From assembly GCA_964234715.1 (NCBI GenBank), contig OZ174282.1: DNA of 64,000 bases; one strand, 5' to 3'. How positions within the stretch are numbered: the first letter of the stretch is position 1; every line of letters begins with the position of its first letter. The stretch is from Podarcis melisellensis. Its lineage: Eukaryota. Position numbers and translations under genes: made by a program. Positions 31,458-43,413 of this stretch are shown piece by piece. The notes beneath the pieces were generated by a model, which did no database searches, was not told the DNA's origin, and worked only from the letters and a program-made list of their open reading frames with translations.

Positions 31458-33156
31458 AACACCCAGAGTTTGCTTGCTCAGTTTATAGCTCCCTTTTATT
31501 ATTGCTTAAAACTACTTTCCTTGTTTGCTGTAGCCCCAGCTATCTCCCCTGACTAGGCAAAGTAGCTGCTGCCAGAGCACACAATTGTAAAAGAGGAGTG
31601 TTGGCATGGGGGATTTCTCTCCTTTTAAAAAAGAAAAAAACCTAAAGCTATACAATGTAAAAGGAACATGGTGAGTTGATGTGAAGTAGTAACAGCAGCT
31701 TGTTCTATCACTGAAGCTGGTGGTGCAAAGCCCCTCCTACTACATTTGCACTGCCGGTGGAATGGACCCCTGCCCTCCTGGACCAGGAGTAGTATAAAAT
31801 GGGAGCTCTCCCCCAACCATGCTTATTAACTAAAAGTTTCTAAGTTATGTTTCCAGTCTATGGTAACAAATGACAGCATATTGATACAAAGGGGTTTCAT
31901 GTTAGAAATTGTTTTTACTCCCAACTTACAATGAAGGCCACTACACAACACACTCGAGCCAGAGGCAAAGCACCTGTTAATCCTCTCCGAGATGAAGGGA
32001 GGCATTCTCTAGCCTCTGCCACTGGCCTCGGGGCCCTGGGAAGCTGTCCATGGCAGCTGTGCAGTTTTTTGCAGCACAGCTGTAGGATACAGCCACACAA
32101 CAGCTGCATCTAGAATGAATGTACTCTTCAGCAATTCCATATCATTTGGTATCCTGCAAGTGGAGCAGATCCAAGTATTGTAACTTAAAACATACATTTT
32201 CAATGTTCTTTCTAACTTTAAACATTACTTTATGGAACTGCTGCTAAATTCACATCGATTGCACCTGATAATGCAGTGAGGTACCCCAGGCAGAATGCTG
32301 TATTGTAGCTGGGCAATCAGACCTGTTCTAAAGCAGAGTGAGGCAAGAAGACAATAGTACCTCACTAGTTAAGGCAGTGGGATCAAATAACATTCTGCCA
32401 TTTTGAATCATGAATTTTCTAATAATAAAACCAAAACTATTTGTCGCAAGTCTGTTAAGCCTGTTAAATTTGGATGAGAACAAGGGCAGAAAGATGGTAG
32501 AAAGCGAAGACTTAAATGAACAGAATAGTTAGCGAGGTAAGACATTTACTGCTTACATGGTATGGAACTTAAGTGCTATAGATGCCCACATACTTAAGTG
32601 AAACATCAGTACAAGATGCTACACAGGACAGATTGGATAGGTTATGAGGATATAGAGTGCCCATATCAAGCCTTGAATGAGGCAGTGAGACTTCAAAGTG
32701 TCAATAGGAGTTCTAGACACTCATGAATGTTGGTCAAAAATTTCCTTCCTGAAGCAGAGACATCCTTCCTGCTCCAGGTCCGACATCTGAAAAAGCTTTG
32801 CCACACTATTTATAGACAGCTGTTCTTGCAAACATCTATATTTCTGTCCCTCACCACTTGTGCTGTTGCATTATGGGACCAGCTATAGTTCTGGTACCAA
32901 CCACACTAGTTACCAATGCCTTTCAACTGAATGCCATCCTATTAGTCCCAGCCAGTCCATGTGAGCTGGCTGGAGTAGAGAGTTCTAGTCCAAAACATCT
33001 GGATGAGACAGACTGAGCGAGACCTATAGACAATATACACAATGTCTGCTAGGTAGTAAAGCTTGGGTTAGGAATCCAGATACATTTCCATTCAGAAAAT
33101 GTGTCCACGTAGCATGTGTTTCATACCCTACACTTGGTAGTATTAAGACTGTGAGC

Positions 33157-33293
33157 CAGGCATGGCCAAACTTTGGCCCTCCAGATGTTTTGGGACTACA
33201 ATTCCCATCATCCCTGACCACTGGTCCTGTTAGCTAGGGATGATGGGAGTTGTAGTCCCAAAACATCTGGAGGGCCAAGTATGGCCATGCCTG
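33157..33293. mobile_element. Palindromic hAT-type MITE
   Basis: Near-perfect foldback CAGGCATGGCCAAAC...GTATGGCCATGCCTG; 8-bp TSD CTGTGAGC/CTGTAAGC. Confidence 0.88.
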
Positions 33294-34472
33294 CTGTAAG
33301 CATAGAGGATGCTAGGGACTGAGGCTGGCTTGGCCTAGGTACCAAGTCTAAGGGCTAGCTCAACAAAGAAAATTGATTTTGGAATGGTGTAGGTGAGGTT
33401 TTTAATGATCTCTGCAAATGATCCCACATCAGTTCTACACCCACAGCAGAGCAGGAGCTACGGGACTTTTGGTTTCATGTGGCATTGTGAACACATGCTC
33501 CTTGCCTATGACTTCATACTTGGTAAGTTAACACTGAAAGAGGCACCTGAATGAAAATCACTGTTATCAAAGTTACACTATGATAGCAGGCTGGAACCCA
33601 CATGCTTTTGAGAAATTCAAGCAAGTACTTAATCCTTAATGGCACAGGGAGGGGAGAAATCAATTGCATGTCAAGCAGAGGGAACTTCACAAATGCAGCA
33701 ATGTTTTAAGGCACAAGAGCCTCATTTTTGTAAATAAGTAAAAGAATGAGGGATCAAAAGTGAGATAATCTAACAGTCTTTGTGAGGGGATTCCGCCCCC
33801 CCCCCCAATCTAGCCCGTGTTCTCTATCATGCTGTCTTGGTACTAGTGGGAAAAGAGCTGGAGAGCACTTTGTTCCTGCCCTGGAGGCATCTAGCGGCAA
33901 GGTATTTGTTTCCGTGCTGCAAGGTTCTTTTAAGCTCCAGAGCAGCCTTCTGCAGCCTGGTGTGTTCCAGCTGTTTGGGTCTCCAAGTCCCATAGGCCCC
34001 AGTCAACACAGCCAATAGGAAGGGATGTTGGAAGCTGTAGTCACCAGGTTGAGGAAGACTACACAGAGACGATCAACTGTTGGGTATTAGTACTGAATCA
34101 AAGGGATGGTGCCTGCTTTTGCAAGGCCCGGATTCAACAGTTCCTTGCAAGGGGCCTGCCTCTGTCCAATACGACTTTGGATTTTCTTTCCCTACCACCA
34201 CACACACAAGACCCTCATATACCAACCACGATCCAGCTGCATCTAGAGCGAATGTGCCATCTTTTCAGTAATTCCACAATCATGCCTTATCCTCAAAATG
34301 GGACAGACCTAGGGGTATTTCAGCTCAGAGCACGTATCTATTTGTGTGAATGTTGTAATTTGGGGGCTAGCAAGGAAAACTCCACTGAAATTAACTTGCA
34401 GCTTGATGGTGCTCATTATCTTCAGCAGAAACCTTATTTTAACAAGATATAACCTACTATTAAAGGTATATC

Positions 34473-34478
34473 TTTAAT
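34473..34478 (-). terminator. Candidate GARRE1 polyadenylation signal ATTAAA ending an AT-rich 3' UTR of about 2.1 kb
   Basis: tttaat on the + strand at the end of a repeat-free AT-rich tract following the GARRE1 stop. Confidence 0.4.
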
Positions 34479-36586
34479 AAAGCAAATAAGGTTATTTTTA
34501 CTTACAGGAGCTTTAAAATTAAAATACAAAATGTACAATTCCAGTTCCAAAGCATTAGCTATTCACAGAAGTACTGCAATAAGGGTAAGTTAACTAAGCA
34601 CCAAACCCCATGCACTTGGCAGTGTGAAACATCACATGGCAACATTTGGTTGCCAAGTGCAAACAACTTGGGAAAATTACCAGTGTTCAGCATAATTGGA
34701 AGCAGAGGATGGTGTAGCACCTACTAGACAGAAACTGACACACCTGTATTTCCACAATTCACTCCAATTTTAGAAACTGCCAGTGCTTGTATTTACCACT
34801 CATTTGCAACTGCAGTTTAGATGCTCTGTAGGGAACGTCAACGCAACAAACATCTGTACTTTGACCTGAAATCATTGTGGCATACAACTGCAATAGATTG
34901 TAGGGTCCAATATAAGTTTTCAATGGTGTACTCCAGGAAACTAAAAAAAACAAAAAAAAACCCCACTTGTTAAATTCACCAACATTTTTAGCAGAAGGTA
35001 CAAAACATTAACAATTTACAGACAGAAGCCACACTGATTGTGCAAAGCACATGACTAAAGTTATGCACAGCAAACAACTCTGTAAACATGGTAAGGGTGG
35101 GTTTTGAGGAAACATGGTGACAATATCATAAATACAGGCAACATTGGCATCTTCGACCAGCACAAATAGTAACATTCTGGGCCTGCCAAGATGGCCCATC
35201 ACCACACAAGCAGAAGGCGGGGAGGGGTTCCTCGACTCTGCCCACCCCAACGTTTAGTGTTGTGTATTTTATTTATATATATTTATATATAATTTGGTAT
35301 CTTTAATATACACATGTACTTCGTTTGTAGAAAATGGGAACTTAAATGTGCTTTTATCTTCATCAAAAAACTATATGCATTTATAACTAATAACCCATTT
35401 TACTTGTCAATGTATTAGAATGATATGACTTAAGAAAATATAAAAATAATATTAATACTGTCAAAAACCTTTATACCAGAAAATATTGTGGTTTATAATT
35501 ACTCTTTCAAAGATGAAATATGAAAATTTAAATAGGTTTTTATAAAGACTTCTCTCACCTCAATTAATATACAATGGGATAACTATACATATTTACCTTT
35601 TTTTTTCAATTTAAGCACCAGTCATTCCCCCAGATCCACTTTGGTTGGAAGGTTATTTCCTAATTCCACAGGTTCATTTATTTAATGGCACATATTGACT
35701 GAAAGTAGTTACTTTAATAGTTAGCACTACAAAAAAATAGTGTTTTTAAGTTCTCTCTCTTCTGAGCCAGCTCATGTTTTTACACACTAAGTCTAGCATT
35801 GAAATAAGACTTTAAATATTTGCAAGTAGTCTTAACTATTCTTTCATACATTTAAGGAGCACTGTATGGATAATGCCTTTGGCCAAATGTAAAAGTATCA
35901 AATTGTGTATTCTAATGTAGTGTCAGCCACAGATGAACACAATCCACCCCAAACTACTTTATGGATCTTGAGCTCAGGTTACAGGTGGATTGTGCCCATT
36001 AAGTTATGTCACAAGTTACCTGGGCTGGAGTGGTTCCAGCTATTTTTGCATGAAGCAAATAACTGGAAAAAGCTTTTTGCAGTTGTCTGTGCACCACTGT
36101 TGTGACCAGGAGCTTGTGTGGCACGTTAACAACTGATGCATTAAAAAAGCTACAGCAGCCGATGTCACCGGAGTGAAGACTTTTTACCTTGTCAATTAGA
36201 AATCTAAAGAAAAGGAGTGTTGAGCAAAACTGCTAGATTTGCTTAAAAATGTACTCAAATTTGTTTTAGCAAGAAATGGTAACTATAAATCTATATGAAA
36301 AAATAGCTATAAAATACAGTGTTTTCTGTTGTAATAATGTAGCAGTTTGTTAGCAGGGTAGTCCATATACGCTTTGAAAGCATCACAGTTTAGGGCTGTT
36401 GTGTGTACGTGTAACACCTTGGCACCATTTGCTCAGCACTCTACAGAGAGAGAATCACCACTAGAAGCTGTCACTCCACAGAACCACCAGAAGAGACAGC
36501 CATCACCGCACAACTGTAAAACAAAGCAAATGTTTGTCACATCAAAGACTTTGGTCCTCTGCGGCATTTCTTGCTAGAAAAAGCCG

Positions 36587-36895
36587 TCAGTACTGATGCA
36601 TGTAAGATGGCCTGCGTTCGTGCTTGACTGGAAAAGGTTTAAAGCCCTTATTCATCGGTTTGTGCTGAGATGGCGGCGGCGGCGATTGCTGCTGCTGCTG
36701 CGCATAGGCAAAAGTGGAGGAAATCCCTGTTGATGGTGTGCAATCGTTGGCTGTGGACCAAACGGGTGACTGCAGGATCTGCATGGTGTCATTCCACTGG
36801 CTGGCAGGGCTACTCATCTGGTACAAAGACATGTTTTGACTGGGCAGTGTGTGCTGCCAAGGAGCTTTCGGAGGCCAGGTTTTGGTTTTGTTGTC
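36587..36895 (-). CDS. GARRE1: GARRE1 last coding exon
   Basis: DNKTKTWPPKAPWQH...KHERRPSYMHQY*. Confidence 0.93.
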   Translation of the reverse strand, partial: DNKTKTWPPKAPWQHTLPSQNMSLYQMSSPASQWNDTMQILQSPVWSTANDCTPSTGISSTFAYAQQQQQSPPPPSQHKPMNKGFKPFPVKHERRPSYMHQY

Positions 36896-38718
36896 CTGCA
36901 AGAGACCAATGACAACATCTGAGCTTCCTTCCTGCACATCCACTGCCTGGAACCATTTCTGGCCCCGCTGCAAATGTTCCTTAGTATACCACTTTCTTCC
37001 ACAAGAGTGAATGACAGTCACACAGGAACATTATCAGAGTGCAAGGTAACCTGTCCCACTGATGACTTGAACTCCTGGGGCATCTCCAGAAATCTTGCCC
37101 ACTGGAGCAGTTTAACTCTGTCCCATGTAAACCACTACATCCTGGACCAACAGCACACATAAGGGGCCCACTCATAGCCCCACCTCCAGTGCCTTCCCTA
37201 GAGAGCACTAAAGCCACAGAATCCAGGAGCAGGAAGAGCCGATATTCTTGTCTTTTACAAATGGGAGGGGAGCAATGAAGAAGAAACTCTCCCATAGTTC
37301 TTTCTCCTACCCTGGTTAGAACTTGGACTATTATTGCAGTTAGTACCACCTCTTTGCCATTTCTGCAACACTCCAAAAGCACTCCCTTGGGAAGGAGGAA
37401 GAGCCACCCAGCCATGTTGCTTGGCAGCCTGTTGGGGTCAAAGCCCTCCTACATAAATCACCACACAGAGCAAAACCATTCACCTGGGAAGTTCTCCCAG
37501 CAGCCCAATATATTATCTGGCTTTCAGAGAAGGGGGAGGGGGAAATGCATCTCCAATGGATCTACACCCCCTAAGATCAAAGTAAAAGTGAAACATTTTG
37601 AAGTCTCCAATAAATTCCATGGAGCATATTCAGTTGTTTATAATAAAAAATGAAGCAGTGCAGTTTTGCTGGCCATAAAATCTGGAAGTATAGTGAAATT
37701 GACTATTTAAAACTGGGCTGAATTCAGGGAACATTGTTACTGAGGGATTTTTTTTTTTTTAAAGAAAAGCCACCTGGAATCCCATCAAAGAGGCCCCCTC
37801 CACCATTAGCCACCCAAAGAGAGGCACTATTCAGCCTGATACTTGCCTGACTATGATCATCCACTGTAGAAAGGAGTGGCGGGGAAGGAAGTGTGCTCGG
37901 GTCTTGCTCCCCACTGCTGTGTTTCCTGTGGAAATATTTATCCAATGAGAGAAAATGGTCTGTTAGTGTCATGGCAGGGTCTTAAATGAGAAAATATTCT
38001 TCAATTCTGACAACACTTTATGCTGTATTTCCGTGGTCAAAATAGAGGGCAATAGGAGTCTTACAACTGAAGTGCACTTGTACTAAGGGCCTTTGCATCT
38101 AACCTGCTACTTTCATGGCAATTGAAGGTTTATGGATTAAAGTAAACTTTCAGACACCTAGCCAACAAGGCAGATAGAAGTCTATGGCACAGCAGCAGCT
38201 AGGCCGTACTGCAGCCAATAAAATCTGTGGACCAGTGCTTCTGATATTGCACCAAAGCAGAGTTTTGTACTTTTGCAATACTTAATATTTAATTGTCCAG
38301 TCCTGCTCAAATAGCTGTAGGATGGTCACAATCACTATTCATTAGGGACCACAGGATTCTTGTCCCTAAGAATAGCTTGGCTTATGCCTTGGGGAAGCCT
38401 TCAAGCAGGACAGCAAGGCTACAGACCTCCCTTGGCAGTAGCAGCTCTGCCTCAGCAGCATCTAGTTTTCAGAGGAATAGTATTTATGAACATGGACTCA
38501 ACGCCAGGCATGCTGTTGTCAAAACTGTGTGACATTGGACTGATTAACTGGACTTTCAATTGTGGATCCTCTTTTCTGTCACTGGGCACTTTTATTAGCT
38601 TCATGGTTATTTCACAGCCACAAATCTGGTGCTTGCTGCTGGGTGTGCTCAAGAGGGAGTCACAGCCAATCCACACTTGCATTTTCAAATACCTGTTTGC
38701 CACATGTCTAACAATAAT

Positions 38719-38760
<42 letters not shown>

Positions 38761-40794
38761 GCACGCCTGTCACTATAGCAGAGACATAACACATGCAGCA
38801 CGTCCATGTGGCTTTCCTAGCTTCCACCAATGCAGGCACGTACTAATGAGCAGGTATAAATCCCACAAGACACATTAAGGGAAAAATAGTCAGAACCACA
38901 ACCAGAAATGGAAGATTATAGCCTATTCCCCAAACCCTCTGGGCCCCGGTTTCTTTTCTTGCTTCTTTCAAAGGGCTGAGACAACTGCAAGCTCAGGCAA
39001 CATTAAAGGAGAAACAAAACATAGGTGGCAAGACAGCCAAGAGTAGTTCAGATTTCTTTCTTATTTCCAAACCTAGCTTGACCTTGTGACTCACACTTGG
39101 CACAGGAAAGTTTTGAAACAGCCTGGCCCTTGCAAGTTAAGGTGGCAAAATCTTTATCCACCAGCAAAACCAAAGATTTTGCCTATTGCTTTGTCAATAA
39201 TTCAACTCACCTTCTTTGCTTGACTGCAGCAACAATATCTGGCCCTGAGAACATGGAAAACAGACTGTCTCCATTGGCAGAGGAAGTCTCATCACTGGAG
39301 CTGGCAGAGTCGCCCTGAGTACCTGACCAGCTGCTTGCCATCTCCCTGAGATGAGAGCAGGGAAGCAATCAAGAGAAAGAGACAAACAGTAGAGATGTGA
39401 GCGGTGGCAGGGAGGCTCACCACCTTAGTTGCTCTTAGAACGTTACTGAACCTTCACAGGGCAAGAAGAAAAATCTCCATGAACGCTAACACTAAAATAA
39501 AACTAAACTGACAAATTCAGCATCATCTTACAGCATTTATCCCATGGCTTATTCAGGCACTGCATATGGAATCCATATCCCCTCTAAGGACCCAGTACAT
39601 ATTCACTTAACAACCCTTTAAAACTGGCATTACTGCAGCTGCAGCCAAGGTGGTGTCCTGCAGATGTTGTGGACTCCAGCTCCCATCAGCTCCAGCCTGC
39701 ACAGTTAATGGCTAGGAATGATGGGACCTGGAGTCCAACCGCATCAGAAAGGTGTTACCTTGGCTGCCCTTGCATTATGGCCTCAGAACCAAAGCAGAAA
39801 ATATCCACATGCTGCAATCCTGAACTTGGAAGAGCTGCAGTATAAATATTATAAACAGGCAACTCCCTATTTGCACAGGGGTTCCGTCATTGTGCGCATC
39901 AGAAGTCACACGTAAGCTCATTCTGCCCCCACACCAACCCCTTCTGGGAACGAAAGCAGCACATGTGTTGACAGGTGCATGTCAATTGGGCGCACGCAAA
40001 GTGGTCACGCACACACACACTAAAATTTATATACTACTTGATTGTAAAAAAAACCAAAACCCTCAAAGTGGTTTACAAAAAGTTAAAACAATAAAATTGA
40101 GAAAAATTCACAACTATACTTTAAAACATATAAAAGTTTGAATACTAAAACAGATTAAAATTACCTCAACTTTCTAAGCATATGGGTAGGTATGTCTAAA
40201 CAAGATATGTAACTGATGCAGCAAAAATCCCTAATTTACTATATTTTACAGCTGCTTGCAAAGCTGGATGTACACAAGGGTGCCACAGATAGCTCCTTAC
40301 CCTTCTGTGAAATACTCTGGGAAAGGCCAGGTTCTGTGCGGGTCGTCAGGATGCGGCCAGTTGCTACGTGTGTTGCTGGGGCGACGGAAGTGCTGTGCTT
40401 GCCTTTTTTGTTGCATGGCCTGACTGACCCCAGCCACATAACGAGCAAACTCTGGATCAGAGCCAACTGGGAGTAAAAAAAGAAACCTGACAGTCAACTA
40501 TTGACACACTTGGCTATTTCCATTGCAATGATCCGCCATCTACCCCTCAGACAGACAAACAGAGAGAATATGAGAATGTGTACACATGCATACAAACACA
40601 ATGGAAGCTAGTCAGTGGTTGGGAATGCCTGTTGAAGCGCTGAAAATTAAGAACTTGATCAGGGAGCGATTTATGTGGGGGCAGGCAAAATATGCTACAT
40701 AAATCCCTAACATTGTAGCCACCAGCAGAGTAGAGAGGTGGTGGTGACATCATACACAGTGGAAGCCCAAGAAATGCTTCGTCTGTGTGCCTGG

Positions 40795-40849
<55 letters not shown>

Positions 40850-43361
40850 GAAGCTTAGATCCTATTTTAGAATGCACATCCAATAGGAAGACAGATCAAT
40901 ACTACTGAAATCCATTCAGTACGCTTAAATCAAGAGGAGGATCAAAGAAATGAAGAATACAAGAAAGGGAGACAACCCAAAGGAAGAGTCAGGCCATACC
41001 TCTGCTCCCCTGTCGGGTCAGTCATTGCCTCCAACAACATTGTCTCCAACAACATGGAGCCAAAAAGCTGCCCATGTATATTCACATGTAAGTCCATCAT
41101 CTCCACATATCATACTGCTATGGAACTTGGCAGCCCATCAGAACTTTGGGGAGACTAATTTCAGAAAGCCTTTGCTATTGCAATACTTAGCATTGCTATT
41201 GCTAAGAGAGACTGCTCTGCATCATAAAGATGGAACAGACTAAAGAATGTCTGAAGGAAGCAGATCCAAGAAATTAAGAGGCACAAAAATCCTGCTGTTA
41301 AGATGACTTTGTCCAAAGGAATGTTCCCCCTCTACCCAACATACTCTGAAAAACCTCAGCAAGGCAAATCTGTTCAATCCTACTAAGTTGAACAAAACTT
41401 GACTAGCAGGATAGCTAAATTGTGCTACCTTGGAAACAGGAATTGGTTGCCACAGACTTAAGTGAGCTAGAAGGCAGGAAGTGGCAGTGAGAGGAGGTGT
41501 AGGGAGCACACTTTCCCTTTTTACCCAACCCACAGAACACAGTAGTAGGGAAATTCCTTGTGACTCGTCAACTGTTTGAAGATCTGGACATGGGTCCCAC
41601 CCACTAAATTAACATATTTGTGTATTTCATAAAATTTATACACCACTTGATTGTAGAAAACTTACAATAATAATAATAAAACAGTAAGATTATCAGTAAG
41701 ATGACATTTTCAAAAATTACTGCCCTCAAAAACTATCTTTCCTCACCCAATATTTGGCAGACTTTTTTTAAAGGTACCCCTGCTGTTGTTTTTGCTCTTG
41801 TAATTCTATAATCTTTCCCATCACCTGCAGAAGACACAAATGGTTTGTGTCTACAGATGGGCAGCATTCAACACATTCAAACACATTACTCAATGAACAT
41901 GTGGTAGTAGAAGGTTGCATTTACTTAACATGCACACACCTGCAGGATCAAAAGGTAGAAATTCTCCCAACATCCCAAAGATTCCATCACTTTGGTCACG
42001 GTTTGGCCACGTGTTGTTTCTAGGTCCTTGCTGCTTCTGCCCCAGCATCTCCGACATCACATTGTCCATGTAACTGTTCACAAGACCCAAACTATACAGG
42101 TCAGAGCTCAGGTCAGGAAAGGCATGACTGCTCCACTGAGGCATATGAGACAACCCCGGACCAACAGTCTGGGCTGACGGCTGGCTGGAATTGGTTGGCC
42201 ACTTGCCAGGTGGACGCTGCTGCTGCTGCTGCTGCTGCTGGGACCCAATGGGCTGCAGCAGGTGCTGATAGTAATGCATTTGCTGCTGCTGCTGCTGCTG
42301 GGGCTTTTGTGGCTGCTGCTGCTGCTGTTGCTGTGGCAACCCTTGCTGGAGATGGTGCAAAGGCGTGTGAGACGAAGACTGGGACTGCTGTGGCACGGTG
42401 GCTGGCTTCTGCTCTGCTGCTGCCGAAGACGATGCAACCGAGTTTCTTCTTTTCACCAGCGGAGAGGTCTGCTGGGACTTGCCCATGTTGAAACCAGATA
42501 GGAAATCTATGACCTCCTGCATTTCTTGGTCGGTTGGTAAATTCATGCCTTTGGCATCCTTGCTGTCATCTGCTTTGCTGCCATTACGCCTGTCAAGGAG
42601 GAACCCATTAACAACCTGATGGCTTCCACTCTGTGCCATTGCCTGGGCCGACTCAACAGCCCTGGGGAAGTTACCAATGTTCAGAATACTCTGCAATCGG
42701 GCATCCATATTGTTGGGCATTTTTGCTTTATCCTCTGAGTTGTTAGCTATGAAAAGGTTTTTGGAAGGTGTACTAGGAATGGAGTAACTTCCACTGCTGC
42801 TTGAACTGGAACAGGATGTTTTCTTTGTAAATCGTGAAGTCAGCTTCGAGAAAGTCCTTTGCAATCCACCCGTCGATTTGCTTCCATTTCCAGATGGTAA
42901 GTCAATGTGACCCCCGAAGTCACAGATCTCACGCTGAAGCTGGATCTGAATACACGGCAAAGCCTGCTCTCTGTTTAACAAAAAGAACCCTCTATTTCAG
43001 GCAAAAAAAGCAACATTCACCAACTTCAAAACAACTTTACAGTAATTAGGACTAAGGCATGCAATCTGGAGGTATTGAAAAGTATGATAATGTATAAAAC
43101 AGGGGTGCCTAACCATTTTTGAGTTGGAAGTTGCACTGACCCATGGTCAACACTGCGAGGTCTGTTTATCAAAGTGGGAGTGAACAAAGGAGTCATTCTG
43201 TTTTTTGAAAAAGGTCACAAAACTTTTGATATTACAAAATCACAGCAGGGCCTGCAAGAGTGGCCAGTAAGATGATTTTAAAAATGACAAATTTTAGCAG
43301 GGGGAACCAACAAAAAACCTTTTGACATCACAGTGGGGTACCTATGGAAGCAGTCATTAAA

Positions 43362-43413
<52 letters not shown>

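Noticed and set aside
38360-38878. 172-aa ORF with a poly-Ile run
   Set aside because: The run is an artefact of the (TAA)n microsatellite. The ORF is antisense within a GARRE1 intron and has no recognisable protein features.
42108-42619. Overlapping poly-Ala, poly-Leu and poly-Ser ORFs
   Set aside because: They are alternative-frame and antisense readings of the CAG repeats in the GARRE1 exon.
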